From assembly GCF_009914755.1 (NCBI RefSeq), contig NC_060925.1: a DNA stretch of 64,000 nucleotides; one strand, written 5' to 3'. A program made the translations under genes and the position numbers. The stretch's first letter is position 1, and the number at the start of each line of letters is the position of its first letter. Shown piece by piece: positions 25,165-37,945 of this stretch. The stretch comes from the human T2T-CHM13v2.0 reference genome, Homo sapiens. The notes beneath the pieces are model-generated. The model was not told the origin of the DNA and ran no database searches. It was given only the letters and a program-made list of their open reading frames with translations.

Positions 25165-27355
25165 TCATCATGCTCCTTTCCCCCGACTCTTTATATTTTT
25201 TAGTTTAACAGATCTTTAAGTCCTCTACAAGTGTTTAGCTCTTTCACCGCAGAACCTCTGCCTCATTGCTGCCCCAGAATCCTCATCCCACTGACTCCTA
25301 ACCCTCAAGATCTCAGCTTTCACATCATTTCCTCAGGGAGATCCTCCCTAAAGCCTTGACCAGGTCAGCTCCCTCTGAAGTTCAGTGCTTCCCTGGGACC
25401 CTGGACTTCCTGTATTGTGATGCTCATCGCATAAATTGTTTTTGTGACTCTGGGAAATAAAGGGCACTCAACAAATATTAGTTTAATTGGTGAATGAATT
25501 TCTTAGAAGCAAAAGTCCTAGAAGCTGCTTTAGTATGTTTCAAACAGTGACATCTGAGCATGTCTTCCTTCCCCTATAGACGATTGCAGTCGGTTGGAAA
25601 AGAATCACACACTACAAAGTTTTGTATGTTGCCAAGAATGCCTGAGGTAGAAAACTCAATTTTGGTTGTCTCCTCTGCTATCAGTTTTGGGCCCCTGGCC
25701 TTGGCCACCTACCCGGCATACTTGCCCTTAGGACCGAGGAGTTTTGTTCTGTGAGCCACCAAAGATTACTTTGGAAAAGGAAGTCACATACTGGCTTTTC
25801 TCCAGACTGAATTTAGGTTATGTCACAATTGTAATCATCCAGTTTGGCTTCAGGAATTACTTCTGCCTTTACAAGTTATTCAAGAATCATCTCTTGCAGT
25901 TAATACTACAGTTTGATATCTTTGATTTGTCCTAGAGAGGATACCTCAAGGTATATGTATGTGGGCACATATGTGTGTGTGTGTCTTGTGTGTGTGTTCA
26001 CAGCAGCCATCTTCTTCCAGCAGGCCTGAAGTCACACATGTCATAGCATGGCTTGTATTCTGTGTCATTCTTCCTGTGAGAGGTGGCAGATTCTTTGAGT
26101 CAATTCCTGTGAGTGCTGATGGATTTTCGCTGAGCCATTTTACCTTTTCAATCCCTTCCTTCTATGACTTCTGGCAAGTAGTTGTAAGACTGTTGATAAT
26201 TATGTTTCTCTCCAGGTATCTCAAAATGTCCTTATTGACATTATATCATTTGAAATCACAACTGATCAGTGTCAGGTAGATGAAGAAGGTGTTATTATAT
26301 CTCTTCCCCAGAGAGGGGGGTCAGTGGAGTTAACTGACCTATCCAGGCTTCCTTAGTTCCCCGGTGGGACAGCCAGGATGAAAGATAGAGTTTTCTTTCT
26401 CCAGGTCTCCAAGCGTCCTGTCTTGGTCTGTGTACAGAACCAAGTGGCTTCTGTAGTCTAACAGACATACCAGACCTGTAAATTTGTGACTTCAAACCAG
26501 AATTTCCCTTCAGCTGTAAGATTCTTTACATCCCCCCACTCTGTTCTGGTTAATATATAAGTTAGATCTTAGGACTGGAGCCAGGCTGGGTAAGACCGAA
26601 AAGCCATTGGCCAGTAATCCTGTTTTTCTTTTCATCATTATTTTGCGATGTTGCTTTCTTTTTTGAAATCTTAAAAGTTTCGCATTTGTATCTGCTTCTA
26701 AATCTATCAAGAACGGAAAGTTTCTTCCCAGGACTGGCACACACAAAGCTACTGTGAGCCTTGGGCATGTGTCCAGGCCTTTCCAGAAAGCTTCCCTGCC
26801 TGGTGTGCTGAGAAACGCTCTGCCGATGAGGAGGGCAGGGCTCTGCCTCGTGTTCTATTGTGCTGTTTGTGTATGTCTTTCCCTTTCTCTGTTTCTTCGT
26901 CCTCCTCCCCCTTCATTCCTCTTTTGTGTGAAAATGCTTTTTTCTGGCTGATTGAGTATCTGAGTTTGTGGTGAACTTTCAAAGCCTTCTTAGGCTAAGC
27001 TACAGGAAGGTCACTGTCACAAAGAGTAAAAAAATGTATAGATCGCCAGAGTTCATTAAAAACATCAGATTGAGGAACACAAAATGTCCACCTAAGGGCA
27101 AGTCTAATGTGGACGAAGGCTCCTCTTTAGAACTCTCCTAGTTCTTCTGAGGCTGCAGCTCTCCATAGAGGTAAGTGCTGTGTGCCCATCAGAAATACCC
27201 ACACGAGCATGCAGAGATGGAGGCAAGGATGCACATATTTTGTAGTTGTGACAACCTGAAAATAACTTAAATACCTGCCTTCCAGTAGAAGAATACTTAA
27301 TTATGGTGTGTCCACATCATGAGAAACAATAAGATAGATCTAGAGGTAATGATGA

Positions 27356-27757
<402 letters not shown>

Positions 27758-29873
27758 ACATATTATGTATATTTAAATATGTATACATATCCACAGAAAA
27801 GCCTAGAAGGATATATTCTAACAGTTAACAAAAGGTCCTGGGAATGGGATTAGGATGAAGGGAGAGAGTAGGTATTTTGCTTTTTTAGTTTATGTACATT
27901 TGTAAGACTTACTTTTTTGCAATAAATAATGAGTTTTATCATAATAATTAAGGATCACAGGCATTTAAGAAGTGAATAATATATTAGCATCACTGACTCT
28001 TACCTGTAATTTTGTGTTTCCGTCTGGGTGTTCTTTTCAGTGAAACACTGTCTTGTTGTTAGGCTGCTACTGTTTTTGACTTGAGTATATGATATGAATT
28101 ATCACCTCTCCATATCTGTTTTTCCATCAGTGTCATCATAAGAGTATCTTTTCACTGAAATATTAAGAAACATTAAGCAAGTATAGTGGTGTTAATTAGA
28201 TTAATTCATCCCTCTTTTTAAAGGTGCAAAACTCTTTTTCTGTAAAAGTCAAGCTGATGTAAATGCAAATATCAGGTTTTCAATTAATTTCTGGCTTTCT
28301 GGAAGAAAGTGAAATTATTGTTTATCATTTCATTTAATCTGGACTAAATATTTGGAGTATTGAATTATTTCTATGACTTTCATTTGATGGTTTCATGTAT
28401 CTACTTTAGATGCAGATAATTGAATATTATAGTTCCAAATGCTTTAACGTTCCACATTAGTGAAACAATGATCTACACCATAATGAAAACAGTAACACAT
28501 TTATTTTCTTTCTGTTTGTACTTCAATTCCAAAAGTTAAGCATTAAATTGGCTTTAGTCATACTTATGCTTTGATGATAGTCCAGCTTCTTGGTGTGAAA
28601 TCAAGATGTGAAGAAAGTTAGACACACCTGTGAAAGCCCAGCCTTCACTTTCACATATGTGGGTAATAACTTAGTCCAGTTATAGTTTGTTAACTAAAAA
28701 AACAATTTCTTTGAAGTATAATTAGGTGATAATGATAATTTTAAAATGTGCTAAAAAATTCTTTTTGGCTGAAAAATTTTGGTAAAGTGTTTAGTTAAGA
28801 TGAGGTGTTGTGTCTCTGTCAATAAAAGATGCATGGATTAATGTATAGTCCCTGTCATCTTCTCCAGCCTTCAGCAGTGACTATTCCGGGACCGTATGGG
28901 GTAACTGGTTGCTAGGCAGGCAGAGTGTTCTGTTCTGTTCTCCTTGTCTGTGGCATGTGATTGAGTCAGGAGTGTTGGTAAAGTCTTCTTTGAAGATGAA
29001 GCATAGAATAATAGCATGCAAAACATTTTATCCTTTTTATCCTTCAGCTATTTGTCTCTAGCCTTCAGTGAGTGGGTGCCCCAACCTAAAGACAACATGC
29101 TGTGTTATTACTAACATACTGGAGGGAGCTGTGCACATACAAATGACCCTGTCTCTTTTTGTGCCCTGGAACCTTGTCTTCCCCTAGGTGGACTCTGTGA
29201 CCCACAGAGCCATCAGAAGAAATCACCTTTGCTTATCAAGTTTTTGTTCTTTATCTTTTAAAGACATAACTTCTCTACCTACTGTTTCTGCTACTTGAAA
29301 CATATTCCTCTCATTGTAATTTGAGAAACAAAAGGATAATTTTATGAGGACATTTTCAGTGTTCATGCTGAAGCCCTGGTGATCCTTGTCAACTTGAATT
29401 TATGCATTTATCTTTCCACACTCAGGCACTTCCTTTCATCAGATGGATTTCTGGCCTACCGGCAGTCAGTTATTTCCTAACATATTAGGTGGCAGATTTT
29501 GTGGGATTTAATTTGAGCATAATCTTATTGTGTACAGATTGCTTTGAAGTTTCTTCAGGACTCACTAAACCTTCTACACATCAATTTTTCTGCCCTGTAT
29601 GGGTTTTTCCAAAGTTTAGCCTCCTTAAAACAAACAAACAACAAAAAAAAACCTTATCAGTTTCACTGCAGCACTCCACTTAAAACAATAAAGTTTAGTT
29701 TGTTTTCAAGTGCTTTAAATCCATTGATGTTTCTAGGAACTTTTGGATGAATGATCTGTTGACCACCCACCCAAGTTTCCAGGGGTGCCCCTGGGGTCCA
29801 CCCTGGTGTCCAGGGATTGCTTTGCCTCCCCACAGCCAGTTGGGTGCAGTGACTCTCCATTTGTCTTTCTCAG

Positions 29874-30058
29874 TGCAATCGCTTCCATACTAAGGGCCTG
29901 GCTTGACCAGTGTGCAGAAGACTTCCGAGAGCCCCCTCACTTCCCTTGCTTACAGAAACTGCTGGATTATCTCACACGGATGATGCCGGGCTCTGACCCA
30001 GAAAGAAGAGCACAAAATCTTCTTGAGCAGTTTCAGAAGCAAGAAGTGGAAACTGACA
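29874..30058 (+). CDS. RGL1: RGL1 exon, 185 nt, AIASILRAWLDQCAEDFREPPHFPCLQKLLDYLTRMMPGSDPERRAQNLLEQFQKQEVETD (REM C-terminal part)
   Basis: Acceptor ttgtctttctcag|, donor ACA|gtgagt. Lies within ORF 29785..30099. RalGDS-family WLD..EDF.EPP motif. Confidence 0.96.
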
Positions 30059-33043
30059 GTGAGTACTTGTTTGTTCCCAGGGAAAAGGCTAGATTCTGAT
30101 TCTCCAGCCTCCACGCTGGAGAAAGGTTCTCCCTGTGCTGGCTAATAGGAAACCTTGGTACCCTCAAAACAACATGCTGCTGGAGGATTGGCTTGAGTAT
30201 AAAATTCTCAAGATTACTGAAGTACTAATTAGAGAGCCTAGAATTTTAGACAGAGAAGGGTATTTTCAAGACTACCTAATCTGGCTCCCTCATTTTATGG
30301 ATGAGGAAACTGTGGAAACTCCAGCTCAGAAAAATTAAGTAATTTCCTGGGGTTTCTTCTGTTACCAAGAAGAGGGTCTCCTTGATGAACTTTAATCTTC
30401 CCTTATCAACATGTACCATGCTGAACCTGAATTTGCATTTTATTACCTGTTTAATGGCTCCTTCTAGCCTTCCATCACAACCACTCCCGTCTAGCAGTCA
30501 AGGAATGAAGTCTAGTTCTGATCCTGCCCTCCCAAAAGCTTGGAAAAGGTGTTTGTCCTTCAGTATGGAAAAGCATCACTGTAACGGGTCCCCTGCCAGT
30601 GCAGATTGTCATCATTTAGCATCTATAAGGGCCTCATCAAAGGAAGTTTCTGCAGCTGTTTTTCCCTATTTGAAGATTGACTTCCTATTTGCAAGGACAA
30701 AGGAAAGGCCACCACTGCAGGTTATGAGGTGCTTGGAACTATTAGGCTTTGAAGAAAGTCAGAAAGAGGCTGGGACAGGCTTCCAGTGTGATGTTGTATC
30801 CTCTCACTGGGGTGCTGGGTGACAGTTTCCATGGTGGCTGACCCACTTGGAGCTTCTGACAGGCATTACCCTGAAGGGATGCCTGACTTCATCAGTAAGG
30901 GAAAGGAAATGTTCCTCAGCACCAATAAGGAAAGCTGCATCAGCTCCAAAGAAAATAGACCTAAATTCCAAACAATACCTGCTGAATTTCTTATGGATGG
31001 GGGTCCCAGAGAGAGGGAAATGCAGTTGCATCATTGGAAGCTGACTGCCAAATACTCTATATCTCAGATGACTTCATCTGCCAGGAATGTTTGAATACCA
31101 GGGGCACTCCTCCAGCTGCGGACCTCAGCTCCCTTCAGGGCCTCCATGCCTGGCTTTGTGCTGGAGTGGGAAACGCTGTGTTGGAGCCCAGCTCTCCCCA
31201 CTGGGGCTGCCCCTGGCTCTGAGCCTAATTGGGGAACCGGTGGGACCAGTCATTCATTGTTTCCAACACAGGGACTGCAAGGCAGAGCTCATTTGGCAGG
31301 CTGAGGCAGGGGAGAGGGAGATTGCCTCAGTTCCCATGTGCTTGTTTTACCCAATTTTACTCCTGCGGAAGAAGCAAGCTCTCCTATATGTTTTTAAAAA
31401 GTAAAATTGTGCTTCATGTTGTTACTTATCTCTGGAGGAGAATCAAAAGCAGAAAACAGTGAAGGCATGGACTATGCCCCAGAGAGAAAGGATCATGTAA
31501 TCTTCATGCACAGCAACATTATAGACACACATTGGGCTGCTGTGTTTGCTGAATGAATGAATGGAAAGATCAAGCCTTAGCACATACCCTGCTCCTTGAC
31601 TGAAGTGGGTTAGGCTCTGCATTGCAGGGCAAATGGGATATATGTATGTATTTGTTGACAAGACGAGGGAGAGGCCCTTTCTGAACCTTTATTTGGGATC
31701 CCAAGTTTCTAATTACACCTCTAAATTAAACAGTGCCAGAGTTGTATGGAGGAAGAATGATGAAATTAGATTGCTTAACATCCTCCATGTCATGGGGTTT
31801 TAGCTTCCTTTAGCTTGTACCTGTTTGTGTCGCAGACTCCGGGGATAGGCAGTGATCCCCTTCTACGTTTTTCAGTCATAACCCAACCCCATTGGCATCT
31901 GGAACTTCAAGTCCAGGGTAAAGGGGCAATCCTCAAATCACATACCTGCCACCAGTATAGGCAGATAACCACATGCTGCCCTAAAGGGGAAGTGGTGTAG
32001 GGTCCACTCTCGGAAGCTCCTTTTCCCTGGAAAATGAAGGAAAGCCACTGTGACTTAATCCAAGATGCCCAATAGTCTTTAATTCTACAAAGAAAGAAAG
32101 AAAAGGCTCAAAATATAAGCATTCTGGGGGAGTAGTAACATGCTGATTTACATTTCTGCTAAGATATAACTGAATGTAACTAGAGTTTTCTTTCCTTGAG
32201 AACAGGTTTGACAGGAAGGAGTGTGAGGGGTGTGAAGGGGCTGAGGTTGGGAAACAACCCGAGCACTGGGGAAAGGTTCCAGGAAAGGAAGGCTGGGGAT
32301 TTAAGTCAGAAAACCTTCATCAAATTCCAGTCTTTCAAAATGGAGACTGGAGGTCCTATTCCAGGTGTGGGCTCTTCTGCTTTTTATTCGGAATCCTGGG
32401 TACTGATTTTCTCTTCTTCATGCTGTGCCCTATGTAATTTGCTAATTGATGATCTTGGCTGTGATAGGTTCAGGTGAATTTAGTTGAAGACTGTTCTGCT
32501 TCATGCATTCTTAGCTTTGGGTGGAAGTTGAAAGTGACTCTGAACATTTTGAGAATTTTGAGGGCTTCGTCAGCATTTCTAACACCAAAATGGCTCATTT
32601 TATTGCCCAAAGTCATACCTGCCTTCATGGCGAGTCCTTCCAGGCTTCTGGTTATAAGTCGCCCAGCAACCAAAAATTGCATGGTTGGGGTTTAGGAGTT
32701 AGTTGGATTAGTCCTGGAGCTGATCTGATCAAAAAGTTTGAAAGAGCCCTAGACAAAGGGCTCTCTCTAGACTTTGCCTATCCTGGCTCTGTCCTTGGCC
32801 TAGGAGCCAGTGATTTGTCAGAGTGAGAGCATGAGGGCTCTGATCTTAATAGAGAATCTAAGAACAAGCAGAGATGGGAAGATCTCCATTGTTCTCAGAT
32901 GCATTGTGCTTGTGGTTGTCTCCCTGTGGCTGTTCTGGAGGATTGGCCCTCTTCTTCCTAAACAAGGAGTAAAGTCTGATGACTCTATAAGCAAGATTAT
33001 ATACACTGGCGCCAAATTACTAATCTTTTCCATATGTCAACAG

Positions 33044-33168
33044 ATGGGCTTCCCAACACGATCTCCTTCAGCCTGGAAGAGGAAGAGGAACTGGAGGGTG
33101 GAGAGTCAGCAGAATTCACGTGCTTCTCAGAAGATCTCGTGGCAGAGCAGCTGACCTACATGGATGCA
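33044..33168 (+). CDS. RGL1: RGL1 exon, 125 nt, GLPNTISFSLEEEEELEGGESAEFTCFSEDLVAEQLTYMDA (start of CDC25 RasGEF domain)
   Basis: Acceptor caacag|, donor GCA|gtatgt. Phase 1 in, phase 0 out. AEQLT motif of CDC25 domains. Confidence 0.96.
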
Positions 33169-33980
33169 GTATGTCTTCTCTTTGTGATCAGATGTACTTT
33201 CACTTAAAACATAGGGGAGTGATGGCACTGGTGCCCCGGTGACAGCAGTGGGATAATGTGATTTTAAGTCTTCTTGAATCCTTGAGACAGGCTGCGCCTG
33301 CAGATACAGAGTTAAGATGTGTCTTGAATCAATCATCTGAATAATTCAGGCCTGAGCTCTTCTTGCAACTCTAGGAGAAGGTGCTTTTGGAGCTCAAGAC
33401 ACAGAGGGAAATAAGAATTCGAATCCCTGTGAAACAAAATCTGCCTTGTTCTGTGGGTATTTTTCTCCCTTTACACTCATAAATATTTCAAGATCTGAAC
33501 TGTTTATTTGGAGGATTGTAAAGGGATCAAAGTATAAGTTAGAATAAAATAAATTCACAGAATCCACATGTGATTGTATCTGGCCCCTCATTTCCACGTG
33601 TGCTTTCTGTACTTTTGAAGTTTGAATATTTTTGTGAGCTGGACATATTTGAGTATGTCAGTCAGATTTCATAGGTCGGTGTTAGATGGTAAATACAAGA
33701 GGACTGTGAGGAGTTATCGTGGTGGCTTTAGCTCTTCTGCTTTATCACTTTTGACAAGGCAGTGTGGAACAGGGTGGAGATTTTCCTTCTAGTGAACATT
33801 ATCGATGAGTATATTAATTATTTACTTTTGTCTGTTGAAATGGACACCATGAGACAAATCAAGTAGAAAAGGATTATCTGGCCATTCACAAAAATACCAA
33901 TTTACAAATGACCCAGATGACATGCTTTGCCATATGAAATGTCTGTGTTGTCCTTAAAGTCAGTTCCTCTTTTGTTCCAG

Positions 33981-34196
33981 CAACTCTTCAAGAAAGTAGT
34001 GCCTCACCACTGCCTGGGCTGCATTTGGTCTCGAAGGGATAAGAAGGAAAACAAACATTTGGCTCCTACGATCCGTGCCACCATCTCTCAGTTTAATACC
34101 CTCACCAAATGTGTTGTCAGCACCATCCTGGGGGGCAAAGAACTCAAAACTCAGCAGAGAGCCAAAATCATTGAGAAGTGGATCAACATCGCTCAT
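33981..34196 (+). CDS. RGL1: RGL1 exon, 216 nt, QLFKKVVPHHCLGCIWSRRDKK...RAKIIEKWINIAH
   Basis: Acceptor tttgttccag|, donor CAT|gtaatt. Lies within ORF 33927..34265. RasGEF motifs FN.LT..V...IL and RAKIIEKWI.IA. Confidence 0.96.
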
Positions 34197-36394
34197 GTAA
34201 TTGTCTTTTATAAAATATTCTTTGTGTTTGGTAGATGCAAGAGACTGCTCCATCACTTCGTTTAAATGGTTTAGCTGTTTGGTTGAAAAGGCAGTCAAAA
34301 GACCATATATGAGAGCCCACTGGGTTTTTGTTGTTCTTCCAGAGTAAGAAAAAAGTTGCCTTTCTAAACTTGGCAGCTTATTTATTTTCCTCTTTTTTAA
34401 AAAATTGGACCCCTGCTCACTTCTTCCCAGTTATGGGCTCTCACACTGCTACCTCTCTAGAGTGAGACATTCTGTCTGCTTTCCCCTTTGTATTCACGAC
34501 AAGACTGAGTGTTGGTTTCAGCACCATGTTCAGTAAATATAAATGTATGGTCTGCATGTCAAAACAGACTGCCCTTCAACCCAGAGTGATTACCTATGCC
34601 CCCTCCCAGTACCTGGAGGCATTACATCTTCTGCAGTTTTGAAGAGCTGGTACTTCTTCAGAGTCCTGAATCTCTTTTCTAAAGGACTGAGACACTTACA
34701 GAGATCTCATATTAATCTGAGGTCATGTCTCATATTAATCTGAAGTTGGAGGGGAGGAGTCTGTTCCTAGGCCTGACTCACATTCTTCTGAGTGTTGGAG
34801 TCTAGTCTCTTGGATGAACTGCTTACATACCATAGGACCTCCCCTTCTCAGCATCTTATCTCATGACTGAGAAAATGGCAACAGTGTGCAGTCAGTGGGC
34901 CACCAAATATTTTGTGAACTTCTAATGTGTGTAAACCACAATATTCTGTACTTAGGGGACATACTAGGATAGAGCATAATTATTTGTTTGCAGGAACCCG
35001 TACACAAACAAGGAAGCTAAGATATACTGGAATTATCTCAGCCTGAGACAGTAGAGGAGTAGGGCCATGGGAGATAAGCACTGTAAAAGTGGGGGAGAGA
35101 GAAATCATTTCTGATGGGATGATCAAGGAAGGTTTCATGGATGAATTGACATTTGAAATTAACTTTGAGTAACAGATAGGATTTTTGGTATTTGAAGATT
35201 AGAGAGGTTTTTTTTTTTCTAGGCAAAAGAAATTACATCAGCAAAATAATGATTTTGAAAAATTATTAATATGAAAATATCATATTAATTTGTGTTCTGG
35301 GCTCTATGGGTAAACTCTCAACCAAAACACATTTTGCTTTATGTCCCCTTAAATATATTTTTCCTTGAGCCCCTATTGATAGGGCATAATGTTACATTCT
35401 CTTTTGCTGTCTTTGATTAAAGAGCAGAGACACAATTGTGCCAGATAATTTGCCTTGAGTCTTCAGGTGGTCTGTTATTACAGACTTCTTAGTGTATTAT
35501 GAAAGTCAGCAAGAAACAAAGAGTGTAAGTTGCATAAACAACTTCTATTTCTCCTATTCTAAATCGAGCTTATTGCTCAGCAAGTAAGAGATACAAAAGA
35601 AGTTGTGAGTGAGATATAGTGTAGAAGTTCTCTGTTTTTTTAGAATGATAAGGAATTATTTTTTTTTTTGCCATAAGTGTCACAGCATGTCTCAAAAGCA
35701 GACTGTCTACCCCTAATTCATTCAACTACTTTGGCTATAGTGACAATATAGCATCTGTGTATGTGACATAGTGGGGCTCAAGCGATGACTTTTGGTCCAA
35801 ATTGAATGTAAATTGTGCATTTATGTAGTAATAAGAAATGCAAGTTGAATCATTTGAAGTATATTTCAAATCCCATATCATGTGCTAATAAAGCCAAGGG
35901 CTCTTACTTTTTTTTTGGTGATATCACTTCCTAATACTGAGTATGTTGTATCTTTTACAATTGTGTAGGGAAATGTAATAAAATAATGAGGCTTACCAGT
36001 GGTTTGCTACCAAGATTTATTTTACCTTTCCTGCATTCATCGTAGTCAATTTCTATTGAAAGGATATTTGAAAAAGAAAATTTTTCTGACCTAATATGAC
36101 TATATTTTCTTGGACTGCCCTTAATGGTATGTTTTTACTTTTGCATCACATCTCCTGGAAGATGCCTCTTTTTCTAGAAATGGGACCAGATGCCTTTTGT
36201 ACTCCTTTAAACCCTTAGTTTAAACCTCTTTTTGAATAATGTGTTCCATGTGTTTATTTCAGTTTGCATGATGTATCTGTTCCTGAGTTCCTTTTTTTAT
36301 TGCAAGTTTCCTGATTTTTAGAATATAACTTTTGTGAACCTTTGTTGAACCATGCTCCCATAGGCTTAGTTTCCAGATTGCAATTCAGAACATT

Positions 36395-36590
36395 TCTCTT
36401 GTTCTCTCTCTCTTCCCCTCCCTCCCTCCCTCTTTTCCTCCCTCCCTCCCTCCTTCCCCTCCTTCCTGTCCCTCCCTCCCTCCCTCCCTCCCTCCCTCCC
36501 TTCCTTCCTTCCTTCCTTCCTTCTTTCCTCCCTCCCTCCCTCCCTCTCTTTCTTTGTTTCTCTCTTTCTCTCTCCTTCTCTCTTTCTCTT
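36395..36590. repeat. About 190-nt polypyrimidine tract of (CCCT)n/(CCTT)n/(CT)n
   Basis: Almost purine-free on the + strand. Confidence 0.95.
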
Positions 36591-37841
36591 TATATCTTTC
36601 CAAATAAGGGGAGGACATTGAGGCATTTAAAAAGGGTGGACATGACTTTTATTAAGTACTTTGGCATTTACTCTAAAGAAAATGTTTGAGGGTTTGTTTG
36701 GCATAGTTTTCAGTGTCCAGATTTTGGCATGCTAAATTAGAGTGCTGTTTTTCCTTCGTATTCAGGATTAACATTTCTTTGTGAAATGATTCTCGAAGTG
36801 ATTTACATTTATGCCCAATCACTCTGGGACTTCTTACCTGAGATACTCTACACAAAACCAAATACGTGCTCACATGGTGTACTCACTTGTAAACACTGGG
36901 CCTAGTACGCTGTCATGTGCCTGTATATGAAGCATCTCCTTTGACATAAGGCCTGGTCCAGTCTCCTCACGTTGCTACCTTCCCCATGCCAGCCAAGAAT
37001 GGGACTTTCTCCCTGTCTGTTTTGCTGTCCCTGCTATTCAGTCACAGGACTTTGACTCCAAGGTCACTAACTGCTGATGCTACAGGCTCCTTATGGTAGC
37101 TTAAGTTTAAATAGGGAGCCTCTCTCCTTACCCAGAAAATGGCATCCAGAATGTTTCCTGTTCTCTTTCTATTTTGTTTTAAAACATTGCCAAAATGAAT
37201 TTTATTTTAAAAGGCCGAGTTATTTTGGAAGCATTGAAGTACCAAGGTGTTTTTGAATGTTTATGGTTGCAGGACAAGCCAATTTGAAACCAAATGAATG
37301 TGTATAAAAATATCCCCCCTTGGCTAAGAGCATAAAAGCCAAAGTTCAACTTGTGGTGAATTTTTATTGCCAAATTATATACACCTCTGTGGACAAGGGT
37401 TGGTGATGAGATGTTCAATACCATCTGACCTCAAAGTGGCTGCTGCCCAGCTCATTTTGGGATCTAAAGAAGATCTAAAGTGCATATTTTTAGGACATCT
37501 GTGTGCTTTCAGCAGAAGAAAGTTGCTCTTTCTAGCATAGCTCTGTAGACTTACCTCCATTAGTGTTTTTACTAGGAAAGCTGGAAACTATAAAACTGTA
37601 ACAACAACACAAAAAAATATATTGACGGGAGAAAAACAAGCATACTGTGCCAAAATCTATAAAGTGTTTCGATGACTGGGGTGGGAGGAAGGAGCCACTT
37701 TTTGATGTTCACTATTTATACAGCTGCCTATTTTGTGGTAAGAATTCATAGCAGCTGTGATACCTCTAAAACAGGAAACCACCAAGTCATTGTAATATTG
37801 ATAGTTAAATGCCTTTTATGTTTTAATCACTCCCCATGCAG

Positions 37842-37945
37842 GAATGTAGACTCCTGAAGAATTTTTCCTCCTTGAGGGCCATCGTTTCGGCACTGCAGTC
37901 TAATTCCATCTATCGGTTAAAAAAGACTTGGGCTGCCGTCCCAAG
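37842..37945 (+). CDS. RGL1: RGL1 exon, 104 nt, [34 protein letters not shown](R)
   Basis: Acceptor ccatgcag|, donor AAG|gtaagt. Conserved CDC25 motif LKNFSSL.AI.SAL....IYRLK.TW. Confidence 0.97.

Noticed and set aside
29779-29794. ccaggggtgcccctgg palindrome upstream of an exon, superficially CTCF-like
   Set aside because: Only 7-bp arms and a poor fit to CTCF core spacing; expected by chance.
34705-34743. 16-bp direct repeat tctcatattaatctga; similar micro-duplications near 12056, 11493 and 50816
   Set aside because: Ordinary slippage duplications with no sign of function.
36342-36689. Pro/Ser/Leu-rich and Glu/Gly/Arg-rich ORFs on both strands
   Set aside because: Artefacts of the (CCCT)n/(CCTT)n tract.
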